This document shows, in pieces, positions 25,846 through 40,020 of a stretch of DNA of 64,000 nt. Location of the stretch: positions 310,001 through 374,000 of the forward strand of contig CM082590.2 in the NCBI GenBank assembly GCA_040954595.2. Reading direction: 5' to 3'. The notes beneath the pieces were generated by a model, which had not been told where the DNA came from, did not search any database, and saw only the letters and a list, made by a program, of their open reading frames with translations. Numbering within the stretch: the first letter of the stretch is position 1; every line of letters starts with the position of its first letter. The position numbers and the translations under genes are program-made. This DNA is from Balanoglossus misakiensis. Lineage: Eukaryota > Animalia > Hemichordata.

Positions 25846-26790
25846 TTTAAAAGGGCTTTGGTTTGGTAAATACAAACCTGAGATGGATGCATTTTTAGTA
25901 CCGTTTGTTGAAGAGTGTGATAAATTGGCAACAGAAGGATTCAACTGGAATAATCCTGAACTTGACCATATAGTTAATACCCGTGTTCATACTTAAGTTT
26001 GTACTTCAGACTCTGTTGCTCGGCCTCTGATATCAACTGTAAACAATTTACCGGGTAATGGTGTATATGGCTGTGACTGGTGTCTCCATCCTGGGGATTA
26101 TATTCCTAAAGGGAATGGTCATGCACGTGTCTACAGTCAAGCAGATCTGCCTAATCCTCCCAAACGTGATCATGAGCAATACTTTGAATGTAGTAGGCAA
26201 GCAGCTGAAAATGATCAGCCAGTATTTGGTATTAAAGGCCCAAGTGTTTGTATGCTGTTGCCAAACTTTGATTTAGTTCAGGGCTTTATACCTGACTACT
26301 TACATTGTGTGCTATTAGGAGTTGTTAGACAAACGACAAAGCTGTGGGTAGAAAGTAAAAACAAAAACAAACCATGGTACTTATCCCAGGCAAAACTAAG
26401 AGTAGTCAATAAACGTTTAACTGAGCAGAAACCTCCAGATGAAATTACAAGAACCCCACGTGGTTTAGATACCAGAATGTACTGGAAGGCCTCAGAATGG
26501 AGAACTTTTTTTACTGTATTATTCATTAGTAGTTCTGAAGGGTATACTGTCAGATGTATACCTGAACCACTTGTTTTTACTAGTATTTGCATTGCACTCT
26601 TTGTTGGGGAAATGTGTGAGTGAGGAGTCTGCTCATCAAGCAGAACGTGCTATCAGAAAGTTTGCAACTCAGTTCGAGCAACACTACGGCAAAGAATACA
26701 TGACATTCAATGTACATATTTTATTGCATTTGACAGACAATGTAAGAAACTGGGGTCCCTTAATGGGCAACTTCCACATTTTCATCCGGT
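25846..26790 (+). pseudogene. EnSpm/CACTA (CMC)-type transposase fragment, frameshifted
   Basis: Motifs GLWFGKYKPEMDAFL, DSVARP, GVYGCDWCLHPG, GIKGPS, PDYLHCVLLGVV, RTPRGL..WKASEWR and YGKEYMTFNVHILLHL..V..WGPL are spread across three frames. Confidence 0.85.
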
Positions 26791-28339
26791 CGGTAGATTC
26801 CTGTGAAGCAGAGACGTGAATTTTGCCTTTCCTAGTGCCACGGGGTGCAGTGTATCCCGTCTGTTGAACGTTTTTTAGAGATTGAGATGAGAATTAGCAG
26901 TGTAGGATAGAGACGACATACCAAACTGCCGTGTTGTATTCTGAATTTGTGTTGGAATAAATACGACGGAAGAGTTTGAACCGCATTGTTGTGTGGACTG
27001 ATAGTTTTGTGGCAAATTCGGGCATGCGAGGCCGCCGCTAACCTTGCCGCGATCACCCGGCCGCTTGTGAACTTTCTCGACCTACGCATGAACTTGTTGT
27101 TTGTAGCAGCAATCATGACAGGTTACGTTGTTTGAAAAATAACGTTAACGTGTCATCGCGCCCAGCGGCGGACGCCATATGAATTTTTTTCAGATCTGGC
27201 TTTTTCAACGTGTTTGTTTGGCGTTTATGATTTAGTATATATCCATGTTCTTGTTCCGCTATTTCCCATTCCGAAAACCCCAACGTATAAACGTGAACAC
27301 TTTGACTAGAAAAAGCCTCAGACACCTTCATATACTGTCTGGCAGCCGGGGTGGGATATCTGACTGCGGTGCACGTCAAAGTGGCGTGGAGCTGGTCATG
27401 TTTGGAGCAGTGCAGCCGGCCGGTGGATCGACGTCCCACACTTTCATACCCGCCGGCGTGCGGCAATCGGCAAGAACCCATCGGGAGGACGAACCCAGTT
27501 CGTTCAAGCACAAATGGTCAGAAGGTAACTACGAGCTTCGTAGAGCAGCGATCGACACGCTAAACAACTCTCATCGTCTGTGTTCGAGTCGACACGTCTC
27601 TCTCAACACGCACGTACTTCAACTGCGCAATTGGGATGGGAGGGGGTGGGCGCCTCTTTGTCTACTAAATTGTGACGTTACAATTTTAGAGATAAAGTGT
27701 CGGCGGAATCAAAGAAATACGATGTTGCTAGTTTGGCGTTTGTTGCTGGTATTTCGAATTTCATAGTATGATACAATGATTAAACAATTTTCAGTAACTC
27801 TAGAATTATTAAATATTTTATCAATACAGTTTTTATAAAATAAATACCAAATGTACTTTTCTCAAGTTGAAGAGCTGTAACATTAGATGAAGACGACACT
27901 AAACAAATGACATCACTGTTATAATGTTAAATTAAAAATTTAATATATCAGTATATCTACAAGACATTGTTTAGAATTGCATCAGGGACACTTACACACT
28001 GAGTTTGAATCACAAAAACTAATTCATTGCCGGAAGACGAGATCGAGATTGACTGCTCTACATAAAAGAGATTACTCTGTTGGCATGTGTAAGGATCTTG
28101 TGTTCATGGATTTACACCAATTATATTGTAGGAATTGGGCCATACATTTGCAATCTGTTAATTTTTTTTTACATTTATATGAAAGTTTGCATCAAAAAAT
28201 ACTTCTGCCCATGAATATATATCATGGAGGTATTCAGTCAGTCATACACTGATTATCTTCTTTATAGAGTTAAAAATAATACCTATGTCCGCTTTTAAAT
28301 TAGGGTGTTGTTGAGTGTGGGTGTCATGATAATTGTAGT

Positions 28340-29460
28340 TATAATATACCTCATGCTAATACTGTGCCGTGATTCGCCAGAATCCGTCACGTGATAGGAA
28401 AATAGAATCGACTATGAACCGCTAGGGAAATAGCAGAAAAAATATAAACCGGTCACGTGACCAGCGTGAGTGCGCAGACTCGGTCACGTCAATCAGCGTC
28501 GCGTCTGACACAATGGCCACCGCGGAAGATGTCGTCTGCCAACCTCAAGAGAAAATTGCAAGATTTTCCCAGCTGTTAGCATGAGGTTTATTATAAAACA
28601 CCTATAGCCTGGCCTATATTCGTGCCATAGCAGCCGTTTTTACCCCCTCGTGACTGTGAGTTACCAGAATCATATGCTTTTGATTCTGGTAACTCACAGC
28701 CCCTCGGGTGTAATAAACGGCCGCTATGGCCCTCATGGCCAGGCAATAGGTGTTCAATATGAAACCCTTTAAAATATGCATTATTTTTGCACATATGTAC
28801 ATCCATTCAATATAATGGTCCAGGTAGTCAATAAACAAATAGTGCAAAAATGTATAAAATAAGCTGGACATGCATATAAGAATAAACAGTAGTATAAAAA
28901 ATGTGGTTCTTGGGGCATTATAATATGATCGGTGTGAATCTAGCTCGCTGATTGGCTTGAGCCGGGGTTTATATTCTCGACAAGAAGACCTAGTACCTGG
29001 ACCCTGAACAGTGAATAGTTTTTTTTTAAAAGTAACCGAAATAGAACACGTAGAAGTGAACGCGCCTGAATAGAACGCACTTTCCACATTTTATTGGCGG
29101 TGGCATAAAAATGCGTGACTTTAAAAATTCTAGACGCGTTTGCACAGCTCAGCTTGCGTGTTCTGGAACAGTGCGCGACGAGGCCCTAGAACTAGCACGA
29201 TTTATCCCCAACCAAACAACGGATTTGAAAAAATGAAATTGTTTATCTTTATCAAGCAAAATCATATTATAATGAGGTTATAAACGGTGCGCTCGGGTAT
29301 TTGGTACGGATATAAGACCTCTCAGGTGAAAATTAGCGTATTTGGGTGAAATAATCACCTCGCTACGCTCGGTGATTATTTCCCGCCAAATATGCTAATT
29401 TTCACCTGAGAGGTCTTATATCCGCAACCAAATACCCTCGCTAGCCGTTTATAACCTCTA
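28340..29460. mobile_element. Crypton-like non-autonomous elements with long internal palindromes
   Basis: Inverted CCTCATGCTAA / TTAGCATGAGG pair (28349, 28575) and a roughly 190-bp palindrome at 29272-29460 centred on CCTCGCTACGCTCGG. No TSD or TIR. Similar structures occur at 2745-2857, 34810-35305 and 55115-55250. Confidence 0.45.
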
Positions 29461-29876
29461 AATTAAAATGGACACTGACACAAAAAAGTTAACCCTAATT
29501 AAAAATTTGTCAAAAGAAATACAACACAGTTGATGTCAATCAAAAAAGGAAATGTTTGAATCAACATTGGAGCCAAGAATAAGAACTATTGCGATAAAAT
29601 AAAACTTCCAAAAAAGGAGTTGGCAAAGAATAATTCATTTACAGAGAGAATTTTCAGAGCACTTGTTGTTCAGGTTGTTGGATCGAAAGTAATAAATTAT
29701 GGGGGAGAAAGCCTCTATCTGGGAGTCAAAATTTACATAAAAGATGGCTGCCTATACCGCCCTGCCTTGGCACTTTTCATTATAAACAAGATTAACTTGA
29801 GAGCCAAAAATCAAACTTGCGACGCTGTAAAAATACAGTAATGCAAAATTAGACTTTAATTACTCCAGGGACCTAA

Positions 29877-30820
29877 GGGGCCGTTCAGTTTTTATTGGCG
29901 GGGAGGGTGGGGGCGGCAAAATCCAGGGGGAGTCACTTAAATTTTGAAGTCCAAAAGGGGGGGTGTCATCTGTATTTTAAAAACGTTTAGGGGGGTCACA
30001 TACTTTTGCCACCAAACTTTTGCTTTTGAGTCCACAAAATTGCACTTTCGCACCCTTTATTTTACAAAATTTTCACCCCCTCCCACACCCACCACCTTCA
30101 TTCTCGACCACATTTCATTTTTTGCTGTTTGTCTAGTATACCAGGGCAGAGTGCTTGCCACCCCAACCCCACCAAGATAATATTTAACAAAGTAAATACA
30201 TAAGGGAGATTAATCATTTAAACCATTTCGCATAACTGAAAGTTTCGCGCTGCATCTTCTATATACTAGAAGTTTTATAAATGATGTCATGACGAAGATG
30301 ACACCAAATCTTCTAACTTTGAGTGGAGTGGCAAAAGTAAAATTGGTCCTCCAAACATTGAGATAATTTGCTTTTTAGTTCATTAAAATGCAACTTTGAG
30401 CACCGTATTTTACAAAATTTTCTTATGTGCGAGGGGGACACCCCCTCCCACGCCCACCCCCGCCACTTTTCTTGTTTTACCTATTCTAGCAACTATTGTA
30501 TTGACTTGTCATTTTAATTTGTTCATAGATTTCTTTATTGCAACGATATACTATTATATACTTCAATTACTTTAAGAAATTTATAATTATAATTGAGGTG
30601 TGAGGAGCCTCATTCCCTTTATTGCATACAGTGTACATAGGATCAAGACGGCGAATGTTTTCGGCGTGGGGGGGGGGGTGTCATTATATTTTTGGGTCTG
30701 TCAAAAGGGGGGGTCATCATTTTTTGTTGCTGGGTGAAGGGGGGGTCTTCCTGATTTTGAAAACCGATGAGACAAACTTGCCGCCCCCCCCCCCCCCAGC
30801 CGTAGAAACTGAACGGTCCC
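29877..30820 (+). mobile_element. Harbinger-type MITE
   Basis: TIR GGG(G/A)CCGTTCAGTTT with TAA TSD (29874-29876, 30821-30823). A fragment also occurs at about 19535-19720. Confidence 0.8.
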
Positions 30821-31873
30821 TAACACACGCATGATGACTCTAGAACACTTTTTAACCAATGATTGTCGTAAAAAATACTCCTCCTCTGCTTTCTGCTTAG
30901 CAACCAGAGCAGACCAATTTTGCAAATTTTTCCTAGTGACAGTAAAAAAAAATGTGTAAAAGACCCTATGCTACATTTGTATCAACATTACTTGGCTTTC
31001 ACTACAGTAATCTAAACAAGCCCTTCAAACTGTGTTTAATATACAACTGCATTGAAAACAAGAAATTAATGTTTGTGGAAATCTTGTTTAATTACAGCTT
31101 TAACTTCTTTACATTTAAATGTACAATAGTTTCCTATTTGCATACTTGTAATGTATGATGTGTTTAAAGGGACAAAGTCTCTCTTGTAATTTGTCGGCTG
31201 ATGTAGGTTGAGTACATGTATTGATATGTATCGCACACTGACGAAAGATGACTGTCTGTTACTTGGATTCATATGTTCATTGTGAGACAGAGCACCAGGT
31301 GAACTTGAATAACTGACAATTCAGCAAACTTCATAAAGCAAAACAATGTCAAACAACTCTATCCTGTAACCCTTTCACCAATCCCCCCTCCTTTTCCCTG
31401 TAGATAGATTTAATGTATAGGTCACCTCATGACCATGTGGTGGCGACATTTTTGTGTGCCATCAACTGGATATCTAACAGTGGTTAAATTAGCATAGGTG
31501 ACAGTTTACCTTTAATTAGCTGTAACCTTTGGCTATTTTTCCACCATTTTTATTCTGTGTACCATATGTAATGTCTTGTTCTACTCCAAACATCATGCTA
31601 ATATAATCAGTACCCCAGTTTGCAACATAGCCTGTATGTGTATAACATCCATTGTTCTGTTGACAAATGAATTCTAGTCAGGACTTGATTCAAATTTGGC
31701 ACAATAACAGTGCAGGCTATATATATTTGGGTTGAGATGATACGCTGAATACTAGACATTTCATCATGTTTCAGGAATTTAAACAAGATTCACAAAACAA
31801 AAATGCTGAAATATAGCCAAAAGTTACAGCTTATGGAGCTTTAAACTGAAACGTTTTACTTTTTTACTATTTG

Positions 31874-32042
31874 TTATAATGTGTTTGTATTTTGTTGTCT
31901 GAACTGTCGCAGTCCCTGTAAAAACACTTGTTTGGTCTGATCCATCATTTCATGATAAAGTCTCAGATCATCTTCCTTTGCTTTCATAGTACTCTGCAAG
32001 GCAGCTTTTAAGGCATTATTCTCATCTATCTGTATGGCCAGC
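31874..32042 (-). CDS. CCDC13: CCDC13 orthologue, terminal coding exon
   Basis: Follows a ttttacAG acceptor. Translates (R)LAIQIDENNALKAALQSTMKAKEDDLRLYHEMMDQTKQVFLQGLRQFRQQNTNTL*, which resembles the C-terminus of vertebrate CCDC13 as I recall it (RLAIQVEEN..LKAAL....KEEDFRMYHE...VFLQALRQ). Phase 2 joins the 51122-51376 exon. Confidence 0.88.
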
Positions 32043-32217
32043 CTGTAAAAGGCAAAATAAATAGTTAAATGACAAAATAATTAAAACAGTTTGGGTTGCA
32101 CAGAAAAAAACCCACTAACCATTGAATTTTCAATTGACACAATACAATTTGATTGTATAAATTGTTGCAAGCCTCACAAAGACACATGTTGTGGTTGTGT
32201 TTTGTTTTATACATTAA

Positions 32218-32835
32218 AGGGGAAATCCGGCGTAGCTGATTTCTACATAATTTGGTAGCTTTGATGTCACTCTTTCAGAAAAAAACATATTCGCCATGTA
32301 TAGGTCGCGCGATTTTTTACAAAATCTAGGGAAACTTGGCAGAATTTCCAATATGGCGTTTACTGTAATTTAAATCATGGGAAAAAAAGGACCAGGACCA
32401 ACTTCCGCCCACCATGGTGTGGGTGATACCATTCTCCGATAGTTGTCACTGGGCGACAGACTAGGTGTATTTTCATAGCTATTGTTTGTTCTTTGCATCA
32501 GTTGATAAACAATCATCAGCAAAGTCGAAAATTTGTCACCTATTGACATTTTTCATGAGCTATAACCCATGGAAAATATGCAAATACGCTTAGCTTGTGA
32601 CGCAGTGACACCAATCGGAAAATGGTATCACCCACACTGGTGGGCGGAAGTTGGTCCTGGCGCTTTTTTTCCCATCATTCAAATTACAGTAAACGCCATA
32701 TTGGAAATTCTGCCAACTTTTCCTAGATTTTGTAAAAAATCGCGCGAACTATACATGGCGAATACGTTTTTTTTCTGAAAGAGAGACATCAAAGCTACCA
32801 AATTATGTAGAAATCAGCTACGACGGATTTCCCCT
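32218..32835. mobile_element. Kolobok-type foldback MITE
   Basis: TTAA TSDs; about 260-bp inverted arms starting AGGGGAAATCCG. Confidence 0.85.
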
Positions 32836-33567
32836 TTAATAATAATATTAATTAAATAAAGAATTATATAAAAATAATTTTAATAATAATAGGTCCCATT
32901 TCCACAAAAATTTCACCATAGGGGTATCTTGGCTCAAAAATGTTTGTTTAGTGATCACATGTTTCTATGGCAACCATTTTGGGGCTGAAATTATGCTTTT
33001 TGTGCTAAGAGAAGTTTTGTACCTTATATCTGTCGTGCACACGCCACAAGACTCACCGGGTAACAAGGTTTTAAATAGTATTAACTATACCCGTGTTTTT
33101 TGTGAATATGTAGAAAATCTCCAACCGAAAGCGTTGGAATGTCTGCATTTTTAGATACACTCACTTTGAAAAATGATGTCTTAAGTGCTAAATGAAAAAT
33201 CTGAAGAATCGGGAATGATTGTATTTTTAGCACTTGAATAGGCAATGTATCAATCAGCTGGACGTCAGTTTCGTGTTGCTGCGACCTGCCAAAATATCGC
33301 CCATGAGTGATTTTTTGGATGGGCGAACCAGTAAAACCTGGTACATTTTTGTGTATATAGAACTTTGCATTGCCATGAGGATCCTGATGGAGATCCTTTT
33401 CAGCCAATCAGGCACTTCCTTTCCTTGGCCCAAACATACGTTGAATTCATCCTCTCAAATGTAGCAATTAGTGCTTGTTACTACGTTCGCCTTTTGTTGA
33501 TTTGCAACTTTTGTTATCTTTTCCGCCAATTCGAATCTAGCGGTTGAGTTGTCAACTTTGTCTCATA

Positions 33568-33746
33568 CAGTCAAACCTGTGTTAGTGACCACCTCTATAT
33601 AGTGACCACCTCTATATAGTGACCACTTAGTTACAGTCCCTGTGCAATTTACACGTGTATAAATTAACCTGTCTATAAAGACCACCTGTCTATAAAGGCC
33701 AGTTTGGTAAAGTCCCTTGACTGGCCACTATAGACAGGTTTGACTG
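33568..33746 (+). mobile_element. 179-bp Tc1/pogo-type MITE, copy 1
   Basis: TA TSD; TIR CAGTCAAACCTGT. Confidence 0.9.
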
Positions 33747-34122
33747 TAGCAATAAACATGCTCTTTGTATTATATGATTTTCCCTGTCGGAGTCAGACTC
33801 TTAAAGCAATCATGTTCATCTAAATACCGCAACAACTTGCTTGTGGGAGTTGACAGATCGGCAAGACAGTGTGATTAGTGTCACGTCCACAGGCCATTCT
33901 ATATGTGGACACTTTTCAGTATCACAGTATTAGAGCAAGACTAAGTCTCTGCCTCTACCTGCACACAGTCAAACTTGTCTTTAATGGCCAGTCAATGGAC
34001 TTTCCTAAACTGGCCTTTATTAATCTAGTCAATCTACGAGATTTGGGCACCTAACCCACCACAAATTGGAACAGAATTTTTTTCTTCAGAATATATTTCG
34101 GAGAGGTGTGTAGAACAACATA

Positions 34123-34301
34123 CAGTCAAACCTGTGTTAGTGACCACCTCTATATAGTGACCACCTCTATATAGTGACCACTTAGTTACAGTCCCTGTGC
34201 AATTTACACGTGTATAAATTAACCTGTCTATAAAGACCACCTGTCTATAAAGGCCAGTTTGGTAAAGTCCCTTGACTGGCCACTATAGACAGGTTTGACT
34301 G
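34123..34301 (+). mobile_element. 179-bp Tc1/pogo-type MITE, copy 2
   Basis: Apparently identical to copy 1; TA TSD. Confidence 0.9.
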
Positions 34302-34877
34302 TATCAAAAATGCACCTGAATTCACCTTGTGGAAATATGTCTAATTTTCATGAATTTAATATTGAAAATTTTTGGGCCAAATATCAAGAAATAAAAATTA
34401 TTTTTTCCATGATGTTAAAATTTAAAAATATTTCATGTGCATGAAGAACCCTTTTGGAATAATATTTGACATGGGCAGTTTTCATAATTTGCATAAATTC
34501 AATATGGTGAACAGTATTCCTAGAAAACCATATTTGGGCAGTATATTGGGTAATACGCAAGCAACTTTAATGTTTTTTAAATTCAAAATTACCTCTATGA
34601 CATTTGGAACAATTTTGAAAAAAATTTGTTTACATTTGCGCTTTATATTTAGCATAAATCCAATATGGCCACCAAATGAATGTTTGACAGCTTATCATAC
34701 TCAGACATATATAAGGTTCTAGCATAGAATATATGTTGAAGCACTAGGAATGCGTAACAAAGCAACATAAAACTCTCGTACGTTAATATGTAAGACGAAA
34801 TTATATTATATCATGCTACCATCCGCCATTCTGATTGGACGAGAGCTCAATCCAGCAATGCTAAAATACTCAATATA

Positions 34878-35056
34878 CAGTCAAACCTGTGTTAGTGACC
34901 ACCTCTATATAGTGACCACCTCTATATAGTGACCACTTAGTTACAGTCCCTGTGCAATTTACACGTGTATAAATTAACCTGTCTATAAAGACCACCTGTC
35001 TATAAAGGCCAGTTTGGTAAAGTCCCTTGACTGGCCACTATAGACAGGTTTGACTG
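34878..35056 (+). mobile_element. 179-bp Tc1/pogo-type MITE, copy 3
   Basis: Apparently identical to copy 1; TA TSD. Confidence 0.9.
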
Positions 35057-36001
35057 TAGCACTGAATTAGCATGCGGCAGCAAAATGTGCGGTCAAACCA
35101 CAGTCGCGTGTATTTAAACCAAATAAATTAAATAAAAATAATATAGAAATATATTGACCATTATCGTTTGTTTATGGGCAAGGGCGAGGAGAAAGCCAAA
35201 AATTCATGGGCGAGGCTTCCGCGCCCATGAATTTTGGCTTTCCTCGAGCCCTCGCCCATAAACAAATGTTAATGGTCAGGGCGGAGTCGGTTATTTCCAT
35301 TATATTACCAACGAACTCAAGATAACCGTCAAAATTTACGAAAATGTCCCACGCACAAGACTAGGGGCCCCGGAACTTGTGTTATGCAAAATGTTCTACA
35401 TGTATTCACTGAACTGTTTGCTAATATTACTATTCAGATTTTATTCAGATTTACGGGCATGTAAACAAATCATTACTGAGTATTTGCGGTCAGTGACGTC
35501 GTTCATCTCGACCCTCTGTGCTTAGATAACAGGCAAGTAAAAGTGGCGAGTGGGCGTGTACCCCTAACCCAACTCAGTCGATTTTTTTCGGCTTTTCGAA
35601 GTTAAGCCGAAGACTTATCTTGATGTGGACAAATAGTCTTTCACACCTTTGTAAATCCTCTGCCTGTAATGTGAGGCAAGGGCTTCCTTTGCTTTGAACA
35701 CTGTTTATGTAGCTTGCCTTTGTCTGTGGACTTAATTACTCATGGACAGCTAATTACACTTTACTGTAAACAGAATGGTACACTAGAACCTAGTGTACTT
35801 GTTTGTCCATATGCAAATACCTTCGCCTGGCTCGAGTGCGAAGTGGCTCCCTGATCACAGGCATGAAAAAAGGTGGCAAATTCCGGCATTCGCGCACATT
35901 TTTCGGAACCGACACAATAGGCAATGCATAGACGGGTACTCTAGGTGAGCTTTAGATGGGGAAAAATGAAAACTTTTCAAAGCATGTCATAAACCCTTTA
36001 A

Positions 36002-36732
36002 GATGGGTCCCCCGTATGAACGTCCGACAAGGGGCTTGTAACTAGTTAAAAATACACACGATTGTGTGCACACCCCCTGTCCGAGTATGTTTACGGCAGC
36101 TACCGCCCGGCCATTGGCCGCCACGCTAATACGGCAAAGCAGCGGTCAGCGATAGCGTGCGCATCCTGTAACCACAGTAACTGGATCGAACGCTAAAAAT
36201 CTAATGTTTTGTACACAGAGATTTTGTACCATTCACGAAAATCCCTAAGGCTTTTTTGATAGGCCACGTACGCCAGTCAAATTTGACCTGCTTGTTGAGA
36301 ACGCACTTCCGCACAGTGTGACGGATCATTTTTTCGGTTTTCGTCGTGCTAAGAAGCGATACCGGTGGAAGAGTGCGTCCAAAAACACCCAAAATCGATG
36401 ACTTTTTCAGGTGTGGTACGGGTATGCTGAAATCGTAGGATACAACGATAATATTCGAAAACAAAATCCGTCACGATTTTCCCTGGTTCAGGCAACTAAT
36501 GAATACGTATCAAGTTTGTTTTTGAGGTCACGGAATAAAAATCCTTAGGCTTTTGAAATTTGACCTAGCTAATTTGCATATCAATGGCGTCAGGGGGCGC
36601 GCACTCACAATCGTGCAGATTTTCAACTAGTTACCAGCCCCTTGTTAGACTCTGAAAACGGCTTAGTCCAAATCGGGGTGTAATGTCCTGCAAAGGCCCA
36701 TAGCAACGGGCAAAAGATCCGGGGGACCCATC
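36002..36732. mobile_element. Kolobok-type MITE
   Basis: TTAA TSDs; TIR GATGGGTCCCCCG; inner inverted pair ACAAGGGGCT.GTAACTAGTT at about 36027 and 36645. Confidence 0.75.
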
Positions 36733-37213
36733 TTAAACCTGTATAGCAATCGGTCTAACGATATACTTCCTTGGTATTAAAATGTCAATTAATGACGATT
36801 GTAGATTATTATTTAACTTGTAAGTCGTACTTTATCTCCATAAATAATATGTAGATCATATATCTAAGTCTTAAAAATCAGCTGAGACGTATTCTGGCAA
36901 TTTGGTTACACGAACACCTGTTAAATAAACTGAGATGTTACCTTACTATTTTTTTTACTCCATTAGCTGTAACTTTGACCTACTTTTTCAGTATATGCTT
37001 GAATCTGGAATCATTTTTCATTCTCTTTTGTATATATTCCTAGTGCTACAACATATTTTCTATGCTAGAACCTTATTATATATGCTGATGTATGATAACC
37101 TGTCGAACATTCATTTGGTGGCCATATTGGATTTATGCAAAATATAAAGTGCAAATGTAAACAACATAATTTTAAACATTGTTCCCAATGTCATAGAGGT
37201 AATTTTGAATTAA

Positions 37214-37785
37214 AACAAGTGACCTATCGGTCAAAAGAGCTCTGCTGACTTTAAGAGTGTAGCCTGGGCAATGATATGAATACCCTAGGTTTTAATTCAT
37301 AACAATTGTATTCTATTGAACAAAACCAAACATAGACATCACAAGTATTTATCCAAATTCAGCCTGATTCATTGTGCTAAAAAAATAAGGATTGAATCCT
37401 AAAGAACAACATCAAAAGGAAGCACCAAGTTTCTAATTTGCATATTCATGACCCCATCAAAATTCCAATTAACAAAATCAGGTAGGGGCACCATAACACA
37501 CATTCCTACCAAATTTTAGCTCCATCGTACATGTAATTAGGGAGAAGAAGATTTTTTACCAAAAATTCTATTTTTAGATCTAATTTGCATATTCATGACC
37601 CCATCAAATCCAAATTTACAAAATCAGGTAGGGGCACCACAACACATTCCAACCAAATTTCAGCTAAATATGCCAAATTGTTTTAAAGGAGAAGATTGAA
37701 ATACCAAAAGTTGACGGACGACGGACAGACACTTATCAACCTACTGCTACAGCTCGGCTGACACAAGTGACAGCAGAGCTAAAAA
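37214..37785 (-). mobile_element. HINE-like element, family C
   Basis: (GACG)n microsatellite, AGCTC(G/T)GCTGAC..CAGCAGAGCT inverted repeat, internal tandem duplication, and insertion in an A/T run. Confidence 0.55.
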
Positions 37786-37974
37786 CACTAAAATAGCTTA
37801 CTAAGTATCCGATATATGTGTTTTAGGACTACTGTCCGCCATATTGAATTTATGCAAATCATGAAAACTGCCCATGTCAAATATTAATCCAAAATGTTTT
37901 TTCATGAACATGAAATAGTTTTAAACTTTAAGGTAGAGATGTAGGTTTTTTGCATTTTTTTGGTGATTTTTACT

Positions 37975-38400
37975 TTTTAGGTCCCATTTGTATAGGTATA
38001 TATACCATGGGACCTTATGGGATGGGTTGCGTCTGTATGTATGTATGTATGTATGTATAATGTATGGATGGATGGATGTATGTCTGTATGTCCGTCCACA
38101 TCAAAAACTTAAAAACCGCTGTGCGTATCAACTCAATATTTGGTGTGTAGGTGCAGGCAGGGCTGTAGATGGGAGTTTGTTCAAACGAAGTTGCCAGGCC
38201 CAAAAATATGCAAATTAGCTGGAAAAATGTGAATTTGGGCAAAACTCAGTAACTCAAGAACTACTGGTCAGATTGCTTTGCAAAGTGGTGTGTATTTACT
38301 TTATTGAGTTGTTTTAATTAGGCAGGAACTCCCCTCTGTGATTCATATAAACACAGCAAATTCCTGAATGATTACATAACTGGCTAAGATGGTCAACTAT
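37975..38400 (+). mobile_element. HINE family A copy
   Basis: Same 5' IR, microsatellite and body as 3385-3735. Confidence 0.6.
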
Positions 38401-39321
38401 GGCTTCCATCAGGATTCAAACATCATGCTCCATGGCACAGACTTATTGACCGGACATAGGGCAATGAAACACCCGCAAATGTACAATTCCTAATTACATG
38501 TTATGGTAGGAGTGAGAAAATAAGATTAAAATGGGTTTTCAGTACTTTATACTTAACGGGCATTAGTGTCGTTTGGAGAAGTTATCAGTGGCAGGGATTA
38601 AAAGTCCCTCGTTTGCTGAATAAACAAACCAACCTCATTATTGTACTCCGTCCGTAATGGTGTCGATTTTTCCACGATTTTCCACTAATTTATGACCTTG
38701 CAAAACGTTCTAGATGAAAATGACTTGGTCTAAAGTCTCTAGTATTATGCTACTTCATTAAAACATAACAAACCGGTGGGTAAGTACATTGAAAACGTAA
38801 TATCCAGTTCCAAACCTGACATTATCATTTGTACTGAGACTTGGCTTGACCCTTCCATAACTGATAGTCAAGTGTTCCCGCCAAACTTTAAAATCTGGAG
38901 AAAGGACAGAACTTCTGGTAATGGTGGGGGAGTATTGATTGCTGTCAGCGATACCTACCTAAGCTCAGAGGTAACAGAACTACAATCTGACTGTGAAATT
39001 ATCTGGGTGAAGATACAGCTTGTCAAGAACAAAGATCTCTTTGTGTGTTCCTACTACAATCCTCACACTTCCAATGACTACAGTATGTCACAGTTTGATG
39101 TCTCACTCACCAGAGCATCTGCAATACAGAATGCCTGTCTACTTCATTGGTGGTGACTTCAATCTACCGGGATGGGACTGGAAATCAAAAACTATTAAGC
39201 CAAATACCGAGTACACTGGACTTCACCGCAAGTTTGGAGACATTCTTGATGACAATGGCCTTGTGCAAATTGTTGAAGACCCGACACGAAATGGCAATAC
39301 CTTGGACCTCTTCATAACTAA

Positions 39322-40020
39322 AGTCTTGTTCTCACTAAAAGTTTCGACACCAGTGCTATGCCAGTGTTTACCCTCTGCAAACACAGGGGATTAGCCCACA
39401 GAATCTCTGTGCGTCCACACACTAAACTTTTGGCCACTGTTTTGAAATAAACACCGTCTAAATGGCCATGTTTAGCAACACGGCAACTAACAAAATTGAG
39501 GACGTCGAGGACATTACAGCAACATGTTGCAGTTTCTATACCTGCACATGCGTTCTAGACGACTTTGTGACAGTTTTCATAATGTTTAGAAGTAAATGAA
39601 TGTTAATCCATAAATGGAAAATGCCTCAGCTTTTCGGTGATCAAGAGAACCTTCTGAAAGTTGGTAGCAGACAGAAGTGTTGCAGACCTGGCAAACTGCG
39701 AATGGTTTGAAATCCACTCGCGTCCAGTGTGATTGACTTAACAATGGAAACTGACCAAAGACAATGGGCTATACCTAATAAACATACCCAAAAGTCACTG
39801 CAGGGTGGCGCTTTTGAACGGTGTTTGTTTATCTTTGCGTTCTCACTGACTATTTGCGTCGGAGCACTGGCCCAGCACTGGCCCTGACCCACCACCCATC
39901 GCTGTCGCAAATTAACACCGGCCCAACACCGGTGTAAAGCGTTCTCACTTGTTTTTTTCCGTCGGTGTCAAATCTACACCAGTGTAGCACCGGTGTAAAC
40001 ATGCCAGTGAGAACGCCCTA
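39322..40020. mobile_element. Harbinger-type MITE inside the LINE
   Basis: TAA TSD (39319-39321, 40021-40023); TIR core GTTCTCACT / AGTGAGAAC. Confidence 0.75.

Noticed and set aside
26832-27766. GC-richer overlapping ORFs (132 and 173 aa)
   Set aside because: No recognisable domain or convincing splice structure; probably internal transposon sequence.
31940-31955. Suspected frameshift in the last CCDC13 exon
   Set aside because: On recount the sequence reads CAT GAA ATG ATG, so the frame is intact.
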